Below are positions 26,976 through 34,557 of a stretch of DNA of 64,000 bases, one piece after another. Numbering within the stretch: the stretch's first letter is position 1; each line of letters begins with the position of its first letter. Where the stretch lies: positions 17 through 64,016 of the forward strand of contig CAIQUS010000160.1 of the NCBI GenBank assembly GCA_903875045.1, read 5' to 3'. Source of the DNA: an uncultured Bacteroidales bacterium. GTDB lineage: Bacteria > Bacteroidota > Bacteroidia > Bacteroidales > FEN-979. A program made the translations under genes and the position numbers. The notes beneath the pieces were generated by a model. That model did not search any database. It saw nothing but the letters and a program-made list of their open reading frames with translations, and had not been told where the DNA came from.

Positions 26976-28826
26976 TTATTTTTCCTCCAAAAGTTGATTA
27001 AACTTATCAGTTAACTCATTGATCATGAAAGGTAAACCCTGAACTTTATTGAACTGGGAAATGTTGGGCATCGGAAACTTCATGCGGAGGTAATTTACAA
27101 ATTGCCCGCTGTTTAGTTCACAAACCACAATTTTCTTAAAGCCTTTCAATACCTTATCCGTATTTTTCGGTAGTGGCATGATGTAATGGAAATGGGCATG
27201 ACTGACATTTTTGCCCTCTTTTTGCATCTGGCTTACTGCTGAGTGAACAGCGCCATACGTACCGCCCCAGCTGACAACAAGCAAGTCGCCTTCGGCAGGA
27301 CCTTCAATTTCCTGTTCAGGGATGAAGTTTGCTACCAATTCAACCTTTTGTGCACGGTTGTTTGTCATGATCTGGTGATTCATCGGATCTGTGGAAACAG
27401 TTCCAATTATATTTTCTTTCTCAAGGCCGCCAATCCTGTGACGAAGGCCTTCTGTTCCCGGGAGGGCCCATTGACGCACGAGTGTTTCCGGATCTCTTTT
27501 GTAAGGTTTGTAATCAGGATCATTTGCTTCAGCAATGGGTGGGTTAATTTCGGGCATATCTGCCATCTTCGGAATACGGAACAAGGTGGAACCAAATCCA
27601 AGATAGCCATCAGTTAGTAAAATCGCCGGTGTCATGTGTTCCATCGACAACTTCGCAATCTCATAAGCATAGTAAAAGCAATTTTCGGAGGTTGAAGCGG
27701 CGATGACGATCACCGGACATTCGCCATTTCTGCCAAACAAGGCCTGATATAAATCGCTTTGCTCCGATTTGGTAGGTAACCCTGTTGAAGGTCCGCCACG
27801 CTGAACATTGACAATTACCAAAGGCAATTCAGTGATCACTGCAAGTCCGATGGCTTCGCTCTTCAGTGAAAGCCCTGGGCCTGATGTGGTAGTACAGGCC
27901 AGCGAACCAGTAAAAGCTGCACCGATCGCGGAACAAATTCCTGCAATTTCATCCTCTGCCTGGAAAACTTTTGCACCAAGTGATTTATGCTTTGCAAGTT
28001 CCATCAGGATTTCTGTGGCCGGGGTGATGGGATAAGACCCAAGAAACAGCGGGCGCCCAGATTTCTCTGCGGCTGCTAGCAATCCCCATGCGGTGGCAAC
28101 GTTTCCTGTAATGTTACGATACCGTCCTTTTTGCATATTTGCAGGGGATACCTGAATCACCGATTCAAGGGCTTCAATGGTGTCGGCATAATTGTATCCG
28201 GCCTGAAGAACGATTTTATTTATCTGGATAAGTTCAGGCTTTTTCTTGAATTTGTCTTCAAAATATTTGAAGGAAGGTTTGAGGTCACGATTAAAAATAT
28301 AATAAAGCATGCCCAGGGCAAACATGTTTTTACTGCGTTCGGCAATCTTATTGTCAACACCAAGATCCTTCAGGCTCTCCTTCGTAAGCGTGGTAATTGG
28401 AGCCTTGATCATGTTGAAGCTATCAAGTGAATTGTCGGTAAACGGGTTGTTTTTGTAACCTGCCTTTTCGATGGTTTTCTCATCGTAAGCATCGGTGTCG
28501 GTAAGAATGGTAGCCCCCTTCTTGGCCCATTTCAGGTTTGATTTGAGGGAAGCAGGGTTCATCGCCACCAGGACGTCAACCAGATCTCCGGTCGTGAAAA
28601 TTTTCGAACTGCCCATGTGTACCTGAAATCCGGATACGCCGGCTACAGTATTCTGCGGGGCACGGATTTCAGCAGGAAAATCAGGAAATGTGGCAAGGTC
28701 ATTTCCAACGAGGGCAGCAACATCCGAGAACATGCTGCCGGTGAGTTGCATGCCATCACCGGAATCACCGACAAACTTTACCACTACCTCTTCCCGTTCA
28801 ATAACGGGTCTTTTTTTCTTGGCCAT
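26976..28826 (-). CDS. korA: 2-oxoacid:ferredoxin oxidoreductase alpha subunit (KorA type, fused gamma+alpha)
   Basis: 616 aa with an N-terminal gamma-like domain (GDSGDGMQLTG) followed by an alpha domain (GSYPITPATEIL, QAEDEIAGI). Confidence 0.8.
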   Translation of the reverse strand: MAKKKRPVIEREEVVVKFVGDSGDGMQLTGSMFSDVAALVGNDLATFPDFPAEIRAPQNTVAGVSGFQVHMGSSKIFTTGDLVDVLVAMNPASLKSNLKWAKKGATILTDTDAYDEKTIEKAGYKNNPFTDNSLDSFNMIKAPITTLTKESLKDLGVDNKIAERSKNMFALGMLYYIFNRDLKPSFKYFEDKFKKKPELIQINKIVLQAGYNYADTIEALESVIQVSPANMQKGRYRNITGNVATAWGLLAAAEKSGRPLFLGSYPITPATEILMELAKHKSLGAKVFQAEDEIAGICSAIGAAFTGSLACTTTSGPGLSLKSEAIGLAVITELPLVIVNVQRGGPSTGLPTKSEQSDLYQALFGRNGECPVIVIAASTSENCFYYAYEIAKLSMEHMTPAILLTDGYLGFGSTLFRIPKMADMPEINPPIAEANDPDYKPYKRDPETLVRQWALPGTEGLRHRIGGLEKENIIGTVSTDPMNHQIMTNNRAQKVELVANFIPEQEIEGPAEGDLLVVSWGGTYGAVHSAVSQMQKEGKNVSHAHFHYIMPLPKNTDKVLKGFKKIVVCELNSGQFVNYLRMKFPMPNISQFNKVQGLPFMINELTDKFNQLLEEK

Positions 28827-28848
28827 AGCTTCATTGAGTTTAAGAGCG

Positions 28849-28856
28849 CAAAGTTA
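28849..28856 (-). promoter_or_regulatory. Candidate -7 box TAACTTTG for korAB
   Basis: The plus-strand text caaagtta lies 23 nt upstream of the korA ATG (28826). Confidence 0.35.
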
Positions 28857-28942
28857 CTGAATAAACTCAAAAGGCAAAGGGCAAAACTCAAATCTTCATT
28901 GGAAAAAATAACAATGCAGGATTCAATATCATGGAAAATAAT

Positions 28943-28950
28943 TATCTTTG
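28943..28950 (+). promoter_or_regulatory. Candidate -7 box TATCTTTG for the ferredoxin gene
   Basis: TAnnTTTG match 58 nt upstream of the ATG at 29009, divergent from korAB. Confidence 0.3.
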
Positions 28951-29008
28951 CCATGAAATTCGCTTTATTAACTCGTCCTGAAAATTAGGGACATAAACTC
29001 AATAGGTC

Positions 29009-29176
29009 ATGGCTTATAAAATTAATGATGATTGCACTGCTTGTGGTACCTGCATCGATGAATGTCCGGTAGAAGCTATTTCTGAAGGTGATATCTATAA
29101 AATTGATCCCGAAGCATGCACAGATTGCGGCGCTTGCGCTGATGTTTGTCCGGTTGAAGCAATCCATCCTGAGTAA
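29009..29176 (+). CDS. 2x[4Fe-4S] clostridial-type ferredoxin, 55 aa (missed by the ORF track)
   Basis: Hand translation gives MAYKINDDCTACGTCIDECPVEAISEGDIYKIDPEACTDCGACADVCPVEAIHPE. It contains two CxxCxxCxxxCP motifs and is followed by a strong terminator. Confidence 0.9.
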   Translation: MAYKINDDCTACGTCIDECPVEAISEGDIYKIDPEACTDCGACADVCPVEAIHPE

Positions 29177-29191
29177 TCAGGATCGATCATT

Positions 29192-29235
29192 ACAAAACAA
29201 AAGGGGCAACTTTTTGATTGCCCCTTTTGTTTTGT
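29192..29235. terminator. Bidirectional intrinsic terminator hairpin
   Basis: Perfect 18-bp stem ACAAAACAAAAGGGGCAA / TTGCCCCTTTTGTTTTGT with an 8-nt loop, between the convergent ferredoxin (+) and lpxH (-) genes. Confidence 0.8.
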
Positions 29236-29252
29236 TCGAAATGCTTTCCTTG

Positions 29253-30011
29253 TCAACCGAATGTTTTTAACTCCAGTTTGTCCCCGTCAAAAACTGCGTA
29301 GGTAAAATGGGTGATCCAATCCCCCAGTACTAACTGAATTGCAGCATCGGTAATCCGGGTTTCATGTGGAAAATGGTAATGCCCGTAAATCAGGTAATTC
29401 AAATCCGGATGTTGTATCATCAGTTCATTCGAATGGACAGTGATACGTTGTTGAATAAGTTTAAGGTTAATATCCTGCACTTTTTTTTCCTTCTCCATGC
29501 CGGCGCTGCGGCTTTTTCGAGACCAGAAAAGGGCCATCCTGATACCGATGTCGGGATGTAATTGACGGAACAGCCACTGGTTGATCCGATTTGCAAATAC
29601 TTTCTTGATGAATTTGTACCCATGATCGCCGGGACCTAATCCGTCACCATGTGCCAGATAGAATTGTTTGCCATTGAATTCCCGGAATTCCGGGTCGCGA
29701 TGAAGCTGAATGTTCAACTCCTCCGTTAAATAATCAAAAGCCCACATATCATGGTTCCCGCGAAATAAATGAACGGGAATACCTGAGTCGGTGATCTCGG
29801 CAAGTTTACCCAGAAGCCGTGCATAGCCGCGCGGGATTGCTGTTTTATATTCAAACCAGAAATCAAACAGGTCTCCCATCAGATAAATCTCCGCGGCGTC
29901 AGTGCGTGCCATTTCAAGCCAGGAGACCAGTTTTTTTTCCCGGATAAGGCTTGTCGCATGATCCGGGCTCCCCAGGTGAAAGTCAGAGGCAAAATAAACT
30001 TTTTGGTGCAT
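29253..30011 (-). CDS. lpxH: UDP-2,3-diacylglucosamine diphosphatase (calcineurin-like metallophosphoesterase)
   Basis: MHQKVYFASDFHLG, YLMGDLFDFW, GNHD and LAHGDG are phosphoesterase motifs arranged as in LpxH. Start placed at M7 of the ORF. Confidence 0.75.
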   Translation of the reverse strand: MHQKVYFASDFHLGSPDHATSLIREKKLVSWLEMARTDAAEIYLMGDLFDFWFEYKTAIPRGYARLLGKLAEITDSGIPVHLFRGNHDMWAFDYLTEELNIQLHRDPEFREFNGKQFYLAHGDGLGPGDHGYKFIKKVFANRINQWLFRQLHPDIGIRMALFWSRKSRSAGMEKEKKVQDINLKLIQQRITVHSNELMIQHPDLNYLIYGHYHFPHETRITDAAIQLVLGDWITHFTYAVFDGDKLELKTFG

Positions 30012-30067
30012 GGATGAAATTTGTGGCAATTTAGGAAAAAAAGCAATGCTGTTTTTATCCCGGGATG

Positions 30068-30802
30068 CTATTTTGTAACCGATGATTTACGGTTTTGTTC
30101 AACTACCCGCTGATGATGAAACTTCACGTGTTTGTTTTCTGGGAATTTCCTGAACAGTGCCGAATCTAATTTTTTATAATATCCGAAATCCTCTTCGGGA
30201 CTGAGTACAGGGCTCATGCCAAAAGCGTAGTTTAATACGATGAGTGAAGCAAGAGAACCAGGATAAGAATCAATAAATGCCATCTCATAACTGCGCTGAT
30301 TTTCCCAGATGGTTTTAAAGATTGTGTCAAGCTTTTGGGTATATTGATAGTAATCAGAACTATCCTGATGCTCTGCTATCAGCATTTCAAGCAAATCGAC
30401 CATCAACTCATTTTGCCTGGTATAACGAAAAAAATCATTTAACAACTTGGTTTCCCGGGGGCCTTCAAGAAAGACCTGGTCGGGGAAACTATGGGCACTG
30501 CCTGTCAGGGTAACTTTGTCACCAGCATCTAACATCATGACAAGGACCTTGCCTGTTTCGGACTTGAGCAGCCAGAAACCCGGTTCCGGAGTAACAGGAC
30601 GAAAGTCGAATTTTCCACTTTGGCCAAGTACAATGGAGTCGATAGGACGAATCTCATGGGTGTCCATCTCCTGAAGTGTCAGCTTTGTACCGGCGGCATC
30701 AGACAGATTGCCCTCGATCACAGCCATATCTCCATGTCGTTGCTGACAAGAATTAATAAACAAAATGAGGACAATAACCCAAAAGATGTTGTTTTTTTTC
30801 AT
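30068..30802 (-). CDS. Hypothetical lipoprotein (DUF4369-like N-terminal domain)
   Basis: Signal/lipobox MKKNNIFWVIVLILFINSC. The N-terminal AVIEGNLSDAAGTKLTLQE...GKFDF resembles DUF4369. No thioredoxin domain follows. Confidence 0.55.
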   Translation of the reverse strand: MKKNNIFWVIVLILFINSCQQRHGDMAVIEGNLSDAAGTKLTLQEMDTHEIRPIDSIVLGQSGKFDFRPVTPEPGFWLLKSETGKVLVMMLDAGDKVTLTGSAHSFPDQVFLEGPRETKLLNDFFRYTRQNELMVDLLEMLIAEHQDSSDYYQYTQKLDTIFKTIWENQRSYEMAFIDSYPGSLASLIVLNYAFGMSPVLSPEEDFGYYKKLDSALFRKFPENKHVKFHHQRVVEQNRKSSVTK

Positions 30803-30803
30803 G

Positions 30804-30867
30804 CTTTACCTGTTCACCAGTTTACTCGTTTACCCGTTTACCCGTTCACCCGTTCACCCGTTCACCA
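30804..30867. repeat. Eight tandem 8-nt units (GTTYACYN; GGTGAACG on the minus strand)
   Basis: ctttacct gttcacca gtttactc gtttaccc gtttaccc gttcaccc gttcaccc gttcacca. The array starts 2 nt from the start codon at 30802. Confidence 0.9.
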
Positions 30868-30876
30868 ACTTCCCCA

Positions 30877-30884
30877 CAAAATTA
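30877..30884 (-). promoter_or_regulatory. Candidate -7 box TAATTTTG upstream of the repeat array and the lipoprotein gene
   Basis: The plus-strand text is caaaatta. If used, almost the whole 5' leader of the 30802 gene would be the 8-mer array. Confidence 0.3.
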
Positions 30885-30895
30885 ACTGAATTATC

Positions 30896-31624
30896 TCAAC
30901 CGGCAATCTGTATTGATTCTTCTCCCATCATTGGCTTGCCTTTAAAACGCAACAAGAGGTTTACAATGGTTACTACATCTTTCTGGCAATACTTAACAAT
31001 GCGTTGAAGATCATTTTCTTGCCAGTATACTCGTCCAACATCACTACCATTGATGTCATCTTTGGGAGAGGAAATGCCGAAAACCGTTGCAAGGAGCTCC
31101 AGAGAGGTATAATGCTTATAGTCTCCGAATTTCCACAATTCCATGGTGTCGATATGATTTACTTCCCAGGGCTTTTTACCAGATAGGTTGAGTATGGAAG
31201 GTACTTCCAATCCGTTGATCAGGATCCGGCGGATGAGGTAGGGATAGTCGAATTCTTTCCCATTGTGTGCACATAAATACAAGATACTCTTTTCCTTGGA
31301 TTTGACCAGCATATCACAAAAGCTGATGAGAATTTCTTTTTCATCATCCCCGGAAAAAGATTTTATCCAGAGTGTTCCGTTTCTTAAAATCCCGGTTGAA
31401 ATGCATACAATCTTTCCGAATTCAGCATATATCCCTGCCCGGCAGTAAAGTGTATCCGAACGCTGTGAATCTTCCGAACTGAATTTGTCTGTTCGTGAAA
31501 GCTGATCAGCCTTCTTTTCCCAAAGCGCCGCAATATTCGACGGAAGCTGATTGCTGGTCGAATATTGCGGCACTGTTTCTATGTCGAGGAAAAGAATCTT
31601 TTCTATATCATAGTTTTCAAGCAT
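30896..31624 (-). CDS. 3'-5' exonuclease, RNase H-like fold (PolB-exonuclease-related)
   Basis: ILFLDIETVP (ExoI DxE) and AHNGKEFDYPYL (ExoII-like), typical of the predicted 3'-5' exonuclease family related to family-B polymerase exonuclease domains. Confidence 0.7.
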   Translation of the reverse strand: MLENYDIEKILFLDIETVPQYSTSNQLPSNIAALWEKKADQLSRTDKFSSEDSQRSDTLYCRAGIYAEFGKIVCISTGILRNGTLWIKSFSGDDEKEILISFCDMLVKSKEKSILYLCAHNGKEFDYPYLIRRILINGLEVPSILNLSGKKPWEVNHIDTMELWKFGDYKHYTSLELLATVFGISSPKDDINGSDVGRVYWQENDLQRIVKYCQKDVVTIVNLLLRFKGKPMMGEESIQIAG

Positions 31625-31702
31625 GGTGTGGTTTTTTTAGTTCAAATGTTTATCCGGAAAAAACTAAAAGGTTACCGCATTGTTGAAAACTATTTCAGAT
31701 TT

Positions 31703-32245
31703 TTATCTTTTTCTATGGAGAAATGGCTTGGGGCGTGCATCAAAAACCACTTGTTGTTGTGGCGAAAGGATATTTCTCAACGCCTGATCATGGCGGATCA
31801 TCTCTTTCAGGATTCCTGTTTCAATTTTACCCAATTCTTCAGCCACCTGATCTGCTGTTTTGGCATCGAAAGACGGGGAGGTGAGAACTGTTTGAAGCCT
31901 CGCTTTCTTCTCCCTGACCTGGTTGTGCAGAGGTGTCATCATTTTTATATGATCCAGGCCGGCCAGATGAATCTTTTCCTGTTGCTCAGGGGTGATGTCG
32001 GGCAGGTTAAGTGGAGGAGGAAGTTGTGAATCAGGAAGATCCGTTGCTGGCGGAATTGGGGGAGGCGGGGGTGGCGGCGGAGGTGGTGTACCGGGCGCTC
32101 CCGGCAGGAGTAGTGTTGTCTGCTCCTGGTTTGCTCCCTGGAGGTGGTTTGATTTATTTGGCTTCTGGGCAAACAGGGTTGTGGTTAACATGCTGAGTAA
32201 ACAGGTTATCACGATTCCTTTTACGATCATTCTGTTGGTTTTCAT
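31703..32245 (-). CDS. Periplasmic Spy/CpxP-like (LTxxQ-type) protein with a run of 10 prolines
   Basis: Signal peptide, then GTPPPPPPPPPPIPP (codons read from DNA). The C-terminal helical region with LSPQQQ is typical of heavy-metal-sensor/CpxP-family proteins. Confidence 0.55.
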   Translation of the reverse strand: MKTNRMIVKGIVITCLLSMLTTTLFAQKPNKSNHLQGANQEQTTLLLPGAPGTPPPPPPPPPPIPPATDLPDSQLPPPLNLPDITPEQQEKIHLAGLDHIKMMTPLHNQVREKKARLQTVLTSPSFDAKTADQVAEELGKIETGILKEMIRHDQALRNILSPQQQVVFDARPKPFLHRKR

Positions 32246-32300
32246 GGTATCTGGTTTTAATTGTTATTTGAATATCAAATTATTGTCATTGACAGAGAAA

Positions 32301-32807
32301 TTATGGCTTTGTAACCTTTGGTGGTGGCGGTGGTGGAGGCGGTGGCCCTGGTGGCTCCGGAAGCGGCATCACACGTTCAAGAGCTTTTCGGAAAACCTGA
32401 TGAAATTTCATCTTCTGGTCCTCTGAAAGAAGTTGCCGGAGTTGCCTGAAATGTTCAAAGGTGAGGATTTCCATTTGCTTACGTACACTGGCAATCGAGT
32501 CTGCAAGGATTGACATGGCAAGGGTATCATGGCCAGGAAGAAAAACAGCTTCGAAAAAACGGTCATGCAGAATTCTGTCTTGTTCCTGTAAGTTTGTTAG
32601 TTTTAAGCGGTGCTCTTCACGGAGTTTACCGAAATTGTCCTGTTGACTGGGTGTGAGAGTCAGCTCACGGATAAGAAATTCGGCTGACTGACCGCGATCA
32701 GGGATGTTCCCTGCTCGTGGCTTGCCGAACCAAAGAAAAGTGAGGGTTCCGAGGTTCAGAAGAACCAGGATAATTATTACAACTTTATAAAATTGTGTAG
32801 TTTGCAT
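32301..32807 (-). CDS. Membrane-anchored Spy/CpxP-like protein with a C-terminal poly-proline tract
   Basis: N-terminal TM VVIIILVLLNLGTLTFLWF, LTLTPSQQDNFGKLREEH (LTxxQ) and LSEDQK, with C-terminal PEPPGPPPPPPPPPK. Confidence 0.55.
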   Translation of the reverse strand: MQTTQFYKVVIIILVLLNLGTLTFLWFGKPRAGNIPDRGQSAEFLIRELTLTPSQQDNFGKLREEHRLKLTNLQEQDRILHDRFFEAVFLPGHDTLAMSILADSIASVRKQMEILTFEHFRQLRQLLSEDQKMKFHQVFRKALERVMPLPEPPGPPPPPPPPPKVTKP

Positions 32808-32811
32808 CGGA

Positions 32812-33108
32812 TCAGAGGTTAATGGGTTTCAGATATGAAAGATAATCGTTGGCAACGGCAACAGGTATTGCCTGGGTGAGGCTTTGAGAATTCTGATAAT
32901 AAATAGCGCCAAAGATATTTAATGCGATGAGTACAATGATACTTGCTGCAACTGACCAGTAAAAGGAACGCCTAGGCAAGATCGTTGTGTTTTCAAATGG
33001 AACCATCCTTGTCTGGATTTTCTGCAACAGATCGGAAGAAGCTGTTGCACGCTCGATCCCGTCAAGGGAGTTTATTGTTTCATTTATCCAGGTTTCTTTT
33101 GCTTTCAT
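32812..33108 (-). CDS. Small single-pass membrane protein, putative anti-sigma factor
   Basis: 98 aa with one TM (YWSVAASIIVLIALNIFGAIYY). It lies directly downstream of the ECF sigma gene. The call rests on position only. Confidence 0.4.
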   Translation of the reverse strand: MKAKETWINETINSLDGIERATASSDLLQKIQTRMVPFENTTILPRRSFYWSVAASIIVLIALNIFGAIYYQNSQSLTQAIPVAVANDYLSYLKPINL

Positions 33109-33143
33109 GTTATTTGGATGTTAGCAGTGTTAAAATCCTGCGG

Positions 33144-33722
33144 TTAACGCTCATTTTTTTCATAATAATCAGATAAAAGCCCTTGCAACTTCCTCCGGGC
33201 ACGGACGATCAGCGACTCAACAGAAGAAACTGTGGTATCCATGATCCCTGCAATTTCCAATTGTGCAAGACCTTCCACCTTATGAAGGATGAAGGCTGTT
33301 CGCTGATTAACAGGGAGCTGCGAAATTGCCTTGAAAAGAATGGCCGCTCGTTCTTTGTTTTCCAATTTGATCCCGGGATGATAAAAAGGGGTATCAGCTG
33401 CAATATTCAGTTGATCTTCCTTACCGAACAGACTAAGGAGGATTCCCGACCTTTTCCCGCGCCGGGCTGTACGGATATGTTCCAATGATTTCTGCACCGT
33501 GATGCGGTAAATCCAGGTAGAAAGGCTGCTGTCGCCTCTGAAACCGGACACCGAGCGGAATATTTCAATAAAAACTTCCTGAGTAACATCTTCAGCATTC
33601 TCAGGGTTTTGAAGGAATCCGATGGCGGTGTTGAACACACGGTCGCGATACTGGTCAACCAGTTCGCGGAAACTTTGTTCATCTCCTGCTCTGAGTTTAA
33701 TGATTACCTCCGGTGAAATCAT
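33144..33722 (-). CDS. ECF-type RNA polymerase sigma-70 factor
   Basis: Region 2 (FRELVDQYRDRVFNTAIGFL..AEDVTQEVF) and a region 4 HTH (LPVNQRTAFILHKVEGLAQLEIAGIM). Confidence 0.85.
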   Translation of the reverse strand: MISPEVIIKLRAGDEQSFRELVDQYRDRVFNTAIGFLQNPENAEDVTQEVFIEIFRSVSGFRGDSSLSTWIYRITVQKSLEHIRTARRGKRSGILLSLFGKEDQLNIAADTPFYHPGIKLENKERAAILFKAISQLPVNQRTAFILHKVEGLAQLEIAGIMDTTVSSVESLIVRARRKLQGLLSDYYEKNER

Positions 33723-33844
33723 TCTGCTGTTTATAAGATGAGATGCTTTTAAATTATTTTTCCTGCGGTCATGGACCGTGAAAGTTGTCCCGGCTCCGGT
33801 ATTCCTGCCTGTGAGAGATGCCTTTGTATGGATAATGACCCGGA

Positions 33845-34540
33845 TTAAGGTTTAACCGCCCGCAGGATATGCCTTTTCCCTGGTGGACCAGCCAATTTTT
33901 CGGTTTGAAGGCCGGCTGCACGTAAAGCGCGGACAACAATGCCTTTCACCGAATAAGTTACCAGAATGCCTCCACGGGTTAAACCATTACCAAGGTTTTG
34001 GAATATTCCGTCGGTCCATAGTTCAGGTTGGGCATCAGGACCGAATGCATCGAAATAGATCAGGTTGAACATACTTATCGAAGGAAGATATGATTCGAGT
34101 TCACATTGAATTTTATGAAGTGTGAAGTCAGGAGAAATCATCGAAGGCTTGTCCCAACCCGCAAGGTGCAGGTTGTTGAAAGTATTGGTAAAGTCATCTG
34201 GACTGAATAAAAGAGGGTAATTTAGCGACTGCCAGCAATTTTTGTCCAATGGAAATGCTTCAATAGTTGTGTAATGTACTTTAATCCCTCTTTTTTCAGC
34301 TTCAATAAGGGTAAGAAGGGCATTGAGGCCTGTTCCAAAACCAATCTCTAAAATATGGAGAATTTCCATTTGCTGAGGCAGATGGGGATGAAGCCGGTCA
34401 ATCGCATAAATGAACCCTGCATCAATGAAGATATGCCGGGATTCCTGTAAGGCACCATGCGTTGAATGGTAATGCTGGTTCAGATCACGCCGGAAAAGCG
34501 TATCAGATCCATCGGACGTTCTGAATTTCTCCGGGTCCAT
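33845..34540 (-). CDS. mnmD: tRNA 5-methylaminomethyl-2-thiouridine methyltransferase, MnmD/MnmC-C-type (DUF752)
   Basis: SAM motif ILEIGFGTGLN and YFDAFGPDAQPELW, characteristic of the MnmC methyltransferase domain as a stand-alone protein. Confidence 0.7.
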   Translation of the reverse strand: MDPEKFRTSDGSDTLFRRDLNQHYHSTHGALQESRHIFIDAGFIYAIDRLHPHLPQQMEILHILEIGFGTGLNALLTLIEAEKRGIKVHYTTIEAFPLDKNCWQSLNYPLLFSPDDFTNTFNNLHLAGWDKPSMISPDFTLHKIQCELESYLPSISMFNLIYFDAFGPDAQPELWTDGIFQNLGNGLTRGGILVTYSVKGIVVRALRAAGLQTEKLAGPPGKRHILRAVKP

Positions 34541-34557
34541 GATTACGGTTCACCCGC

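Noticed and set aside
30620-31007. Two plus-strand ORFs (89 and 80 aa) containing FTRLPVYPFTRSPVH-type repeats
   Set aside because: They are a translation artefact of the 8-mer array at 30804-30867, and they overlap the starts and ends of well-supported minus-strand genes.
31992-32426. 144-aa ORF with a poly-glycine run
   Set aside because: It is antisense to the poly-proline tract of the Spy/CpxP-like gene (GGN being the complement of CCN) and has no independent support.
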